DNA of 63,899 bases, filler included. It is 6 parts of 6 records of this genome, joined end to end, with 100 filler letters (N's around TTAATTAATTAA, not from the genome) between each part and the next. Parts side by side here need not be neighbours in the genome. Positions count along the whole stretch, not along the records: positions 49,409 to 57,013 come from DRR723986_34053; positions 57,114 to 63,899 come from DRR723986_34157; 4 more parts are not named here. One strand, given 5' to 3'. The notes beneath the pieces are model-generated. The model worked only from the letters and a program-made list of their open reading frames with translations. It was not told where the DNA came from and did no database searches. Below are positions 51,337 to 61,894 of this stretch, piece after piece. Positions within the stretch are counted from its first letter, which is position 1. Each line of letters starts with the position of its first letter. A program made the position numbers and the translations under genes.

Positions 51337-51386
51337 GAAATGCCCGAGCACTTTGTAATAGAAGACGCTCGGGCATTTCTTTGTTT
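51337..51386 (+). terminator. Intrinsic terminator with no upstream + strand CDS
   Basis: 13-bp stem GAAATGCCCGAGC/GCTCGGGCATTTC followed by TTTGTTT. Confidence 0.7.
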
Positions 51387-51856
51387 AAAGCGATCTTATT
51401 CGCACTGGAACCGCCGATACTCACAGAATGTATCGCACAAATGCTGAGCGACAGTAGCAGTGCCTGCCAGCCTTACACCCGACGACAAACAAGAGCTCAA
51501 AAGAACCTGAGGCCGACGCGCGGCAAAGGACTCAAAGTGGTCAAGCAGCCAACACTGGGCGATCGCAGTTCATTTTTGGGGTGCAGATGACCGCGATGTC
51601 CGCGCAAGGCATGATTAATTTTAAGTGCTAAAAGCTTAGGAAGTGATGCTTTTACGTGCGTGACCGTACATTTTTATGGTGCGCTGATCCCGTGACAAAA
51701 GAAAATTAATTCGCCACATAAAGCCAGCTTCAGAACAGAAAAATTCAAATCTTTTTCGCTTGGATGTAAATTTTTATTGATTTCACCACTCATCTTTAAT
51801 AACTTATCGAACAGCAAGAAACAAGATGAACGCTCGTCCGACAGGAATCGCATAGT

Positions 51857-52861
51857 TTGAAGCAGAAAGACTTCGTTCGAAAATCACTCAACAGGGCCCT
51901 GCCAGCGCCATTTTTGGCCGCTGTTGCCATTTTTATGGCTGCGGGGATTGTGCCGAACGTCAGCAAGGCCCAGATGGGCTTGCCGACGCATTCCGAGTCG
52001 TTTCCTGAATATTCTGCCTTCAATCTGAACCACCTGACACTTCTTGCTCCCACCACAATAGACAATCCTGCCGAAGCACGAGTTACACCTCCAGAAGACC
52101 AAAGTATAGGCTCCGACTACACAGCGGATTACACTGTAAATCTATCGTACAGTCGCATTCGCGCTGAGGTGGAGTTGCCACAGCTGGAAGTTCGTGTTGG
52201 CCAGAAATTTGACCTTGAAGTCTCGATTCGCCCCAGTTCTGAGTTGGCGTACTATATCTATCGCTCTGGTATTTTGCGATTTGAAGCAACCGTGCGTTTT
52301 AACGCTTCGGTTCTGGCAGTTGTAGAGGCTGAGCATCGCGGTCGCATTCTGGATGACATGCATTATGCGCGTGCCACCGGCGAGATTGCAGACTCAGAAA
52401 TCGACCAGCTGCAAACAATGACGATTGCGCGGATTCCTGTGCAGGCAGCCCTGGGTGACGCCGAGGAAACCAGTATTGAGCTGATGGACCTTACGATAGT
52501 GCACAAAGATGGACAGCGCGAACTGCTTCCCGTCCAGGCTGATCTGGGGCTGGTGAAAATTGAGGATGCCTACAACGGACGCCGTCGCGTTGATGTGCCC
52601 TTTTATGCATCGGTAAAGATTAGCCCGAATCCGGTGATTGTTGAATCGACAATCTCGATCCAAAATCTGGATGGAAAATCCGGCGACCTGCAAATTTATA
52701 CGCTGCGTGGCCAGCTGGTCCGCAGTTATACGCTCGCTGCTGATAGCCACACTGAAAGTTTTGACGTACGTATTGCGCGAAGCGACCTGACCGCCGGTCC
52801 GTATTTTTGCCGCCTCACCATTGGCGACCGGACCATCGTCCGCACAATGATCGTAGAATGA
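51857..52861 (+). CDS. Secreted protein with T9SS type-A C-terminal sorting domain
   Basis: Signal peptide (...VSKAQ), beta-rich middle, C-terminal ISPNP...IYTLRGQLV...L.AG.YF..L. Confidence 0.8.
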   Translation: MKQKDFVRKSLNRALPAPFLAAVAIFMAAGIVPNVSKAQMGLPTHSESFPEYSAFNLNHLTLLAPTTIDNPAEARVTPPEDQSIGSDYTADYTVNLSYSRIRAEVELPQLEVRVGQKFDLEVSIRPSSELAYYIYRSGILRFEATVRFNASVLAVVEAEHRGRILDDMHYARATGEIADSEIDQLQTMTIARIPVQAALGDAEETSIELMDLTIVHKDGQRELLPVQADLGLVKIEDAYNGRRRVDVPFYASVKISPNPVIVESTISIQNLDGKSGDLQIYTLRGQLVRSYTLAADSHTESFDVRIARSDLTAGPYFCRLTIGDRTIVRTMIVE

Positions 52862-52909
52862 TCGCAGAATGATCGTAGAATGATCGTAGAATGATCGCAG
52901 AGTGATTGT
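52847..52909 (+). repeat. 11-bp tandem repeat, 5 copies plus a degenerate sixth
   Basis: ATGATCG(T/C)AGA x5; the array starts within the last codons of the upstream gene and contains its stop. Confidence 0.9.
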
Positions 52910-53055
52910 TGTTTGACCGGGATTTTATCCATTTGTTTACGTTATTGTAGAACTTGTTAGTGGCAAACCGCCGGGCATGACATGTTCGCAATCTGGCTTC
53001 CCCCCGTTATTGACTGAGTGCCAAGCTAATTTCGTCACACTTCCAGAAGCGCGCT

Positions 53056-55206
53056 GTGTCTGCTGAACGAAATTTGTTGATCCTTTCAATTCTTAGCTGC
53101 CTCCTACTGATCAATTTCGGGACGGCAGAGGCACAGTCATTACGAATCGATACGGTTTTTAATATTTCGCTACGTTTGGATGCTGGTGCATCCCTACATT
53201 CGGCGTCGATCAGTGATCCTGCAGGATTGACGGCATTACCTGCCAACTTGGAACCGTATGGAACCACATTTGGCAGGAGCCTGGGGCTAGGCCTCGCATG
53301 GGATCACAGGCTTGATTCATCTAATGTTCTTTTTGGTGTAGCACTTGGTATCTACAGCCACGAAGTGGCGTTTGACAGCGACGAAGCAACGATTTTCACA
53401 GACATCAACGGCGGCCCCGTTCCCGGAGTCCTGCGCCACAACCTTGAGCTGGGGTTGACGCAGTTGGCAGTTCGCCCCGAGCTTAGTTACCGGCTTCTGC
53501 CGGGCTGGACGCTGCGTGGCGGAATCGATTTTGCGCTACCGCTTAGCTCTAGCGCCGTCTATTTTCAGCGGATTATCTCTCCCCCGGAGCGGACGTTCGA
53601 TCAGACTAACAGCCCGGAGTTATTGTTTGATGACAGAGACGTTCCAGACTTGAAACCGTTAAGCGTTAATGTTGTAATTGGTGCTTCTTTTGACGTGCCG
53701 ATTGACGATCTGCACAGGTATGTGGCGCGGCCCTACTTTGAAGTTAGCCAGTCATTGTTTGCGCCTGCCGCAATGGATTGGAATCTTGGGTCTGTGAAGC
53801 TCGGTCTTGAGATGGTCTGGACGCCGGATGCTCCCAAATTTGATGTGCGCGACACAACGATCATTCGCGATACGACTGTGCGGCTGACGCCTGATGTTGC
53901 AGATCAACGGACGTTGCTGATTTCAAATCGCGCGCGGGATTCCGTGTATGAAGACTATAGTCGCAGGTACACGCTGACCACTATTCGCGAAGAATATGTG
54001 CGCATGCTGCCGCAGCCAAATCCACTCCTCACTTCTGATATTGAAGCGCGCTTTGTACTCAGTAACGGAGACCTGGCTGAGAGTGCAATCGTGACGGTCG
54101 AGGAGACTATTGAGAACAACGTCATCAACCTCTTGCCTTATATATTCTTTGAGTCGCAGCAGAATGGTCTGCCTCCCAAATACCAGAACCTGATTCCCGA
54201 CGAAGTCCAGGTGTTCAGCGTGGATGCGCTGCCTAAACACTCGACGCTCGAAGTGTACTACAACCTGCTCAATATTATCGGTTACCGCATGCAGCGCGCA
54301 CCTGAAGCGGAGTTGGTGCTGACAAGCTGCAATAATGACCCAGGCACTACACGCCAAAAACGCACGATGGCCAGGAAACGCGCGGAAAATATTGCGGCCT
54401 ACCTGCAAAATGTCTGGAGCATCGACCAATCGCGCTTTAAGACGCGCCTGAAACGTCTGCCGAGCAGACCATCACCGTCTTCGACTGATATCGGCCGTCA
54501 GGAAAACCGTCGGGTTGAACTTTATTCCAGTGACAGTTCAATTCTGGCTCCAATTATTGTGCGCGACACCACCCGCAATGCCGATCCTTCGGTGATTCGT
54601 TTTCTGCCAAATGTGATTAGCGAGGCCGGTCTGGCCTCGTGGCAGATAGATGTTATTGGCGTTAATCAAAACGAAGTGATTAACAGCATTCGCGGGCAGA
54701 ACAGCGTTCCAACTTTTGTGGATTGGGATTTTAACAACAATGACGATGTTCTGCAGGACGGCGCAACGGCGATGCGTTATCTGTTAATTATTGAGGACTA
54801 CCTGGGAACACGCGACAGCAGTAACATTGACGAGCTACTCTTTGAGCAAATACGCCCCGCCTCGGCTGCCAGCGCCGCCACTGAGATCAACCGGTATTCG
54901 CTGATGAGCTTTGATTACAATTTGTTTAACCTGACGGACTACCATCGCCGGATCCTGCAGTTGGTACGTTCCACAGCCACCGAGAATTCAGACATCAGCA
55001 TTGTGGGCAGCACCGATATTGTCGGTGACGAGTCGTACAACCTTGATCTTTCGCGCAAACGAGCAGAGACAATCGCCGATACATTGAGCCTGAAAACCAG
55101 CCAGACAATTGGAATTGGCGAAGACCCAGACACGTTTCCAAATGACTTGCCTGAGGGCCGATTTTATAGTCGGCGGGTTGATATAATCGTGCGCGAAGAA
55201 AATTAA
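53056..55206 (+). CDS. OmpA-family outer-membrane protein: N-terminal beta-barrel and two OmpA-like domains
   Basis: Signal peptide; LLPYIFF...MARKRAENIAAYL...GRQENRRVEL; second domain F.YN...GSTDIVG..SYNLDLSRKRAE...GRFYSRRVDI. Confidence 0.85.
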   Translation: MSAERNLLILSILSCLLLINFGTAEAQSLRIDTVFNISLRLDAGASLHSASISDPAGLTALPANLEPYGTTFGRSLGLGLAWDHRLDSSNVLFGVALGIYSHEVAFDSDEATIFTDINGGPVPGVLRHNLELGLTQLAVRPELSYRLLPGWTLRGGIDFALPLSSSAVYFQRIISPPERTFDQTNSPELLFDDRDVPDLKPLSVNVVIGASFDVPIDDLHRYVARPYFEVSQSLFAPAAMDWNLGSVKLGLEMVWTPDAPKFDVRDTTIIRDTTVRLTPDVADQRTLLISNRARDSVYEDYSRRYTLTTIREEYVRMLPQPNPLLTSDIEARFVLSNGDLAESAIVTVEETIENNVINLLPYIFFESQQNGLPPKYQNLIPDEVQVFSVDALPKHSTLEVYYNLLNIIGYRMQRAPEAELVLTSCNNDPGTTRQKRTMARKRAENIAAYLQNVWSIDQSRFKTRLKRLPSRPSPSSTDIGRQENRRVELYSSDSSILAPIIVRDTTRNADPSVIRFLPNVISEAGLASWQIDVIGVNQNEVINSIRGQNSVPTFVDWDFNNNDDVLQDGATAMRYLLIIEDYLGTRDSSNIDELLFEQIRPASAASAATEINRYSLMSFDYNLFNLTDYHRRILQLVRSTATENSDISIVGSTDIVGDESYNLDLSRKRAETIADTLSLKTSQTIGIGEDPDTFPNDLPEGRFYSRRVDIIVREEN

Positions 55207-55233
55207 CAATCTCCGCTATATCCGCTATATCTA

Positions 55234-55887
55234 TCACGTGACGCCCGCATGTCTCGAACTTAACCAGGCAGCCTCCTCTATGTGCCTGTGCTCCGTATCT
55301 ACCATATTTCCGAACTTGATATTTCTTGTACTCAGCCCCAAATTTTGCCCCGGCCTTGCATCCGCCGGTTTGGGAACGGTCGTGCGAACAAAGTTGGTAG
55401 ACAGCACAACTGCATTAACAAAGATCAGGCGGTAGCTGGTCAGCACCAAATAAACCCACACCAGATACTCGGCTCTGGATCTGATACGCTTGAGAGTTTC
55501 ATGCTGTTTAACATCGTCAGAAGCAACGACTGAGTTGAGCACGTATTCGGAATACTCCTTGAGTTCTGGGCGTTCCGCGAATAGTTTACTCCAGTGTTTC
55601 AAGGTCGAAACGTTCACCTTTTCCAGGAATCGCAGATAGGAGTTAATCAGCCTGCGCATCTGTTTATATTGTTCTTCACCAAGCGGAATCTCATTTTCCA
55701 CAAAATAGCATCTGAGTTCATCTCGTAATGCAAAAAGTTTATCGCGCACATAGCCGGCGATCAATGACTGGTATAATGGATGTACAACAAACATCATTAC
55801 CAGGACCGAGACACCGAAGAGAACGGACTGAATTGACACCGTGCTCGTCATTTCAACACCTCCAAGTTTAAGTCCAAATTCAAGCAC
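55234..55887 (-). CDS. Hypothetical membrane protein
   Basis: N-terminal TM, helical RDKLFALRDEL...Y...R.LINSYLRF segment, second hydrophobic stretch; start may be ATG 55851. Confidence 0.65.
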   Translation of the reverse strand: MLEFGLKLGGVEMTSTVSIQSVLFGVSVLVMMFVVHPLYQSLIAGYVRDKLFALRDELRCYFVENEIPLGEEQYKQMRRLINSYLRFLEKVNVSTLKHWSKLFAERPELKEYSEYVLNSVVASDDVKQHETLKRIRSRAEYLVWVYLVLTSYRLIFVNAVVLSTNFVRTTVPKPADARPGQNLGLSTRNIKFGNMVDTEHRHIEEAAWLSSRHAGVT

Positions 55888-55910
55888 TAGAATCCGTGAA
55901 TTTGTAGAAG

Positions 55911-56357
55911 TTAGTTTTCATCAGGCGCTTCACCTGTATCGGTGAGGCCACTCGACTCTTTACTTTCATCATCCCTTTCCAATTTAAATCGCTCCCGGGC
56001 ACTTTGTTTAATTATTTTTTTGATTCGCGATTTGTACGCAATTGACGTTCCAGTTGTTGAGAGTGCCCAGATTAGCAGACTTACGGTTCCCAGGTTTAAT
56101 GAATCGACCAACGCCACTACCGAAGATACATCCTGACCGATGTATACCTGCAAGCCACTAATCATGATACTGAGGGCCGCAAGCCCGGTACCTACGCCAA
56201 CAATGTACTTCACTAAGTTTAAGATTCTGCGGGTTGTTTCAGCAGCAATTTCGTGCTTCTGCATTTCAAATTGATACTGCAATTCTAAAAACTCTCTTTC
56301 AGATTTCCTCTGATTGGCACCAACCTTTCTCCTGGTGGTTGACATGCGCGGCACCAC
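55911..56357 (-). CDS. Hypothetical two-TM membrane protein
   Basis: Two hydrophobic segments, basic coiled coil, C-terminal SSGLTDTGEAP; start may be ATG 56345. Confidence 0.65.
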   Translation of the reverse strand: MVPRMSTTRRKVGANQRKSEREFLELQYQFEMQKHEIAAETTRRILNLVKYIVGVGTGLAALSIMISGLQVYIGQDVSSVVALVDSLNLGTVSLLIWALSTTGTSIAYKSRIKKIIKQSARERFKLERDDESKESSGLTDTGEAPDEN

Positions 56358-56990
56358 CTTTCTTTAGACTGATTTTCGAAACATTGTGAAGTCAGAGAGT
56401 TTCTCTCTCAACAACTTACAGACATCTGACTTTCATGCTCGCATCCAACTCGGCATCGCGTTAGCGTCCTTTTCTTTCGTGTTAACTGACTGCGCCCTGG
56501 CCGCATTAGTTATTTGCATTCACGAATATACACAACTATAAATGGGCCTTTTTCAGAGAAAAACTCAACGGGCAGTAAACTGACTTAACCGGATGGTGTT
56601 TAAACTTTACCGGCATAATTCGGCTGCATTTTTTTCAAACTTCACCACAAGCCCCCAGACTTCAAGCCTGTAAGACAGCCTCAAGTACTTGCGGCGCTGA
56701 ACCCAGCGACAAACAGTACAATCAATCAAGTCTGAGGCCAAGGTGCAAATGCAAGTGGAATAGAAGACTCGGGTGTTGGTGTGTGGCAATATCGAGAAGT
56801 ACTGGAGGTCCTGAACCCGCAGAATGGCAATTGACAGCACATCAGGTTGGGATAACATTCGATACGGGTTCCCAACTATTTTTAAACTCGACAATTGCAA
56901 GGCAAAGCAGTTTTGCGGTCGGTAGTTTGGAGGCTGTGCGGCGTGATTTGGGTTTAAGGGTTGAAGATTTGGAAACTGAAAAATTGACAC

Positions 56991-57013
56991 CCGGGTCGAG
57001 CCCTTAGGGCTGG
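56991..57013. repeat. GC-rich palindrome at end of contig 5 (same as contig 2 end, opposite orientation)
   Basis: CCGGGTCGAGCCC-TTA-GGGCTGG. Confidence 0.75.
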
Positions 57014-57113
57014 NNNNNNNNNNNNNNNNNNNNNNNNNNNNNNNNNNNNNNNNNNNNTTAATTAATTAANNNNNNNNNNNNNNNNNNNNNNNNNNNNNNN
57101 NNNNNNNNNNNNN
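57014..57113. other. Artificial contig-joining spacer
   Basis: 44 N + TTAATTAATTAA + 44 N. Confidence 0.98.
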
Positions 57114-57115
57114 AC

Positions 57116-58039
<924 letters not shown>

Positions 58040-58050
58040 AAACAAATTAG

Positions 58051-58341
58051 ATGCTACTTGAAGTAATCACACCAGACGAAATGCTGTTTAAAGGGAATGT
58101 ATCACACGTGGTATTACCCGGCTTAGATGGTTCATTCGGTGTTTTATCTAATCACGCACCTATGATCTCTGCTTTAACTGAAGGCGAAATGAAAGTTGAG
58201 CAAGTTGTTGCTGAGAACAAAGGAAAAGAGTTTGATGGAAAATACAACGAAGAGCATAAAAATGACGAATCATTCACCTTTACGATTAAAGGTGGGATGA
58301 TGGAAGTCAAAGACAATAAGATAATGGTGTTGGCTGAATAA
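58051..58341 (+). CDS. atpC: F1 ATP synthase epsilon subunit (short form, beta-domain only)
   Basis: LEVITPD, PGLDGSFGVLSNHAPMIS, GG.MEV; follows atpD. Confidence 0.93.
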   Translation: MLLEVITPDEMLFKGNVSHVVLPGLDGSFGVLSNHAPMISALTEGEMKVEQVVAENKGKEFDGKYNEEHKNDESFTFTIKGGMMEVKDNKIMVLAE

Positions 58342-58360
58342 GTCAAAAACCTAAATAATT

Positions 58361-58405
58361 AAAAGGTCCATCCCAATTCCGAAAGGAATAGTTTGGACCT
58401 TTTTT
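58361..58405 (+). terminator. Intrinsic terminator of atpDC
   Basis: AAAAGGTCCA...TTCC-GAAA-GGAA...TGGACCTTTTTT. Confidence 0.75.
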
Positions 58406-58517
58406 GATTAATAGCTCTTTAGTTAAGAGTTGTTAAAGAAACAATTTAAAGCGCCTAAAGGCGTTTAGAAAATATTGCCGAACCAAAAAAATCATGCAAA
58501 TTTGTGATTCGCGTTAA

Positions 58518-59267
58518 ATGAGCATAAAAGAACAGTTAGATACCAACAATATTCCTGAGCATGTAGCTATCATTATGGATGGCAATGGCAGATGGGCGAA
58601 ACAGCAAGGTCATGCAAGATTGTTTGGTCATGCAACAGGTGTTGAATCTGTGAGAGAATCGCTCAAAGCGGCAACTGAAGTTAAAGTAAAGTACCTTACT
58701 TTATATGCTTTTTCAACTGAAAATTGGAATCGCCCAAAAGAAGAGGTTGATGGTTTAATGGATTTATTGGTAACCACCATTGCTAATGAAATAGAATCAT
58801 TAAACGAAAATGAAGTTCGACTAAATGCAATTGGTAACTTAGATGAATTACCTGAGAAATGTAGAGCCGAACTAAAAAGAGCTATAGAGAAAACAGCCAA
58901 CAATAAAGGAACCTGCCTTATTCTGGCCTTGAATTATAGCTCAAAACATGAAATTAAATCAGCGATTAAAAAAATTGCTGAAAGCTATAAAAGTGGAGAA
59001 ATAGAATTAGACGACATTTCTGATGATTTGGTAAGCAGCCATTTGTATACGGCTGGAATTCCAGATCCAGAATTGATGATTAGAACAAGCGGAGAGGTGA
59101 GAATTAGTAATTTTTTATTGTGGCAATTGGCTTACAGTGAATTACATTTTACACCTATATTCTGGCCTGATTTTAAGAAAGAAGATTTCTATAAAGCCAT
59201 TTACGAATACCAAAACAGAGAAAGAAGATTCGGATTAGTGAGTGAACAAATAAACGACACAGAATGA
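58518..59267 (+). CDS. uppS: Undecaprenyl diphosphate synthase
   Basis: IIMDGNGRWA, YAFSTENWNRP, IRTSGE.RISNFLLWQ.AYSE, RRFG. Confidence 0.97.
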   Translation: MSIKEQLDTNNIPEHVAIIMDGNGRWAKQQGHARLFGHATGVESVRESLKAATEVKVKYLTLYAFSTENWNRPKEEVDGLMDLLVTTIANEIESLNENEVRLNAIGNLDELPEKCRAELKRAIEKTANNKGTCLILALNYSSKHEIKSAIKKIAESYKSGEIELDDISDDLVSSHLYTAGIPDPELMIRTSGEVRISNFLLWQLAYSELHFTPIFWPDFKKEDFYKAIYEYQNRERRFGLVSEQINDTE

Positions 59268-61837
59268 AATTATTGAGATTCTTTTTTCTTTTCACCGCTA
59301 TTTTCGCGCTCAATCAATCTTTTGGGCAAGATTACCTGAATCCTACAAAACATACCATTGCAAGAACTGTAGTGAGAGGCGTAGATCATTTAAATCATGA
59401 AGCCATTGTATTGATTTCTGGGCTTACTCCCGGTAAAGAAATCACTGTACCTGGAGACGATATTTCACAAGCCATTAAAAAACTGTGGGAGCAAGATTTG
59501 TTCTCAGATGTTCAAGTGGGATATGATAAAATAGATAATGTCACCGGAGACATCTTTTTGTTTATTGAATTGAAGGATAGACCCAAATTAACTAAATTCA
59601 GATTTACAGGTGACGTAACGAAATCAGATGCCGATAAAATCAGAGATATCATTGATTTGTATAATGGTAAAACGGTTACCGAATCTTTAAAGAGAAATAC
59701 CTGTAATCAAATTAACGCTTATTATCAAGATAAAGGATTCTTCAAAGTTGTGACTACCATTGAAGAGGTGATGGACACATCAGAATTCAATTCAAGAATT
59801 TTTGAAATCAATGTGGTAAAAGGCAAACGGGTAAAAATTAAACACATCAACTTTTACAATAACGAGATAGAACCAGATCCAGAAAAATCGAAATTCACCA
59901 ATCTTAAGATAAAATTTTCAACTTCAGATGGAGGATTGAGAAGAGCAATGAAGGATACCAAAAAGCAAGGTATCATGAGAATATTCTCACGATCTAAATT
60001 CAACAGAACGGCTTATGAAAGAGATAAGCAGGCTATCATTTATAAATACAACGAAGTCGGTTTAAGAGATGCTTACATCATTAAAGATTCGGTATATGAT
60101 ATTGACGAAAAACACATGGGGATTGACATCTGGATTGATAAAGGAAATGATTATTTCTTTGGAGACATAACATGGGTGGGGAATACGAAATACTCAGATG
60201 GTGTTTTAGATACTTTGTTAGGTATTAAGAAAGGAGATCAATACGACAGAGCTTTATTAGATCAACGATTATACATGAGCCAGGATGGTCGTGACGTAAC
60301 CTCATTGTATATGGATAAAGGGTATTTGTTTTTTAATCTGAATCCGGTAGAATTGAACATTGATGAAGGCAATCATATCAATTATGAAATTAGAATGAAT
60401 GAGGGTAAACAAGCTAGGGTCAAGAATATCTATATTTATGGTAATACCAAAACAAATGATCATGTTATTTTAAGGGAAATTAGAACCAAACCGGGCGACC
60501 TTTTCAATAGAAACGATATAATACGTACACAAAGAGAGTTAGCCAATTTGGGTTATTTTGATCCTGAGCAATTCAACGTTAACCCAATTCCAAATCCAGC
60601 TGATGGAACAGTGGATATTGAGTATTATGTAGTTGAAAAATCATCAGATCAAATTGAGTTGTCTGGAGGATATGGTGCCAACAGATTGATTGGAACATTA
60701 GGTCTATCTTTTACCAACTTCTCAACGAAAAACTTTTTCAAAAAAGGAGCATGGCAACCTTTACCTGCAGGTGATGGACAAAAGTTGAGCTTAAGAGGTC
60801 AAACTTACGGTAGAGGTTACCAATCGTATAACTTTTCATTTACCGAACCATGGCTTGGGGGTAAAAAACCAACTTCATTGTCAATTTTCATGTCTCATTC
60901 ATTAATTACGCAAGGTGATAAAGCGGTACCAGAAACTTACCAAAGAACTTCAATTACCTCTTTGGGTGTTGGATTGGGTTCAAGATTAAAGTGGCCGGAT
61001 GATTATTTCCAAATTTACGGTGAGTTCAATTATCAGTACTACGACCTAAGAAATTCAGGCTTCTTCATTTTTAGAGATGGATACTCCAATAACATTTCAT
61101 TAAAAGGTGTCTTATCGAGAAACTCAATTGATGCTCCTATTTATCCTAGAAACGGTTCAAAGTTTACCTTAACCACTAAAGCAACTTTACCTTACTCTAA
61201 ATTTGACAATATTGATGATTATTCGGGATTGTCAGATCAGGAACGATACAAGTATGCTGAATACTATAAAATTAAGTTTACTGGTGAATGGTTCTTCCCT
61301 GTCTCTAGGGATAAAAAATTGGTTATTCATCCGAAATTTGGATACGGATTCTTAGGAGCGTATAGTCGAGATAAAGGAATTTCGCCTTTTGAAAGATTTT
61401 ATTTGGGAGGGTCTGGATTGAACGGAACATGGCAGTTTGACGGGCGTGAGATCATTGCTCTAAGAGGATATAATGGAAATTCACCTGTTTCTCCTGAGAC
61501 TGGAGGCACTGTAATCGCAAAATATTCGTTAGAGTTAAGGTATCCTGTTTCTCTAAATCCAAATGCGACCATTTATGGGTTGTTATTTGCTGAGGCCGGA
61601 AACACATATAATGGCTTTTCAGACTTTGATCCATTTAACGTGAAAAGGTCTGCTGGAGCTGGAGTTAGAATATTTTTACCAATGTTTGGTATGTTAGGAG
61701 TTGATTTTGCATGGGGCTTCGATCCACTTGATCCAGGATCATTCGGATTTGGACAGGCTGACGACCCTGGAGCAACTCAAAAAGGTTATACTTTTGGCTT
61801 CTTCCCAATTATTGGAATGAATATTGGAGATTTATAA
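59264..61837 (+). CDS. bamA: Outer membrane protein assembly factor BamA
   Basis: POTRA repeats (GNTK, D.VI.RE), barrel with ERFYLGG and LRGY; uppS-bamA-skp synteny. Confidence 0.95.
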   Translation: MKLLRFFFLFTAIFALNQSFGQDYLNPTKHTIARTVVRGVDHLNHEAIVLISGLTPGKEITVPGDDISQAIKKLWEQDLFSDVQVGYDKIDNVTGDIFLFIELKDRPKLTKFRFTGDVTKSDADKIRDIIDLYNGKTVTESLKRNTCNQINAYYQDKGFFKVVTTIEEVMDTSEFNSRIFEINVVKGKRVKIKHINFYNNEIEPDPEKSKFTNLKIKFSTSDGGLRRAMKDTKKQGIMRIFSRSKFNRTAYERDKQAIIYKYNEVGLRDAYIIKDSVYDIDEKHMGIDIWIDKGNDYFFGDITWVGNTKYSDGVLDTLLGIKKGDQYDRALLDQRLYMSQDGRDVTSLYMDKGYLFFNLNPVELNIDEGNHINYEIRMNEGKQARVKNIYIYGNTKTNDHVILREIRTKPGDLFNRNDIIRTQRELANLGYFDPEQFNVNPIPNPADGTVDIEYYVVEKSSDQIELSGGYGANRLIGTLGLSFTNFSTKNFFKKGAWQPLPAGDGQKLSLRGQTYGRGYQSYNFSFTEPWLGGKKPTSLSIFMSHSLITQGDKAVPETYQRTSITSLGVGLGSRLKWPDDYFQIYGEFNYQYYDLRNSGFFIFRDGYSNNISLKGVLSRNSIDAPIYPRNGSKFTLTTKATLPYSKFDNIDDYSGLSDQERYKYAEYYKIKFTGEWFFPVSRDKKLVIHPKFGYGFLGAYSRDKGISPFERFYLGGSGLNGTWQFDGREIIALRGYNGNSPVSPETGGTVIAKYSLELRYPVSLNPNATIYGLLFAEAGNTYNGFSDFDPFNVKRSAGAGVRIFLPMFGMLGVDFAWGFDPLDPGSFGFGQADDPGATQKGYTFGFFPIIGMNIGDL

Positions 61838-61894
61838 ACAGTTTAAATGAAACAGTTCTGTGAATATTGTTAAATTCGCAGCCTTCAATTAGTT

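Noticed and set aside
52847-52909. CRISPR array
   Set aside because: The 11-bp units are contiguous with no spacers, and there are no cas genes in the window.
56607-57007. ORFs 56607-56990 (-) and 56783-57007 (+)
   Set aside because: They overlap each other, have no recognisable motifs and have atypical composition; probably non-coding or decayed DNA.
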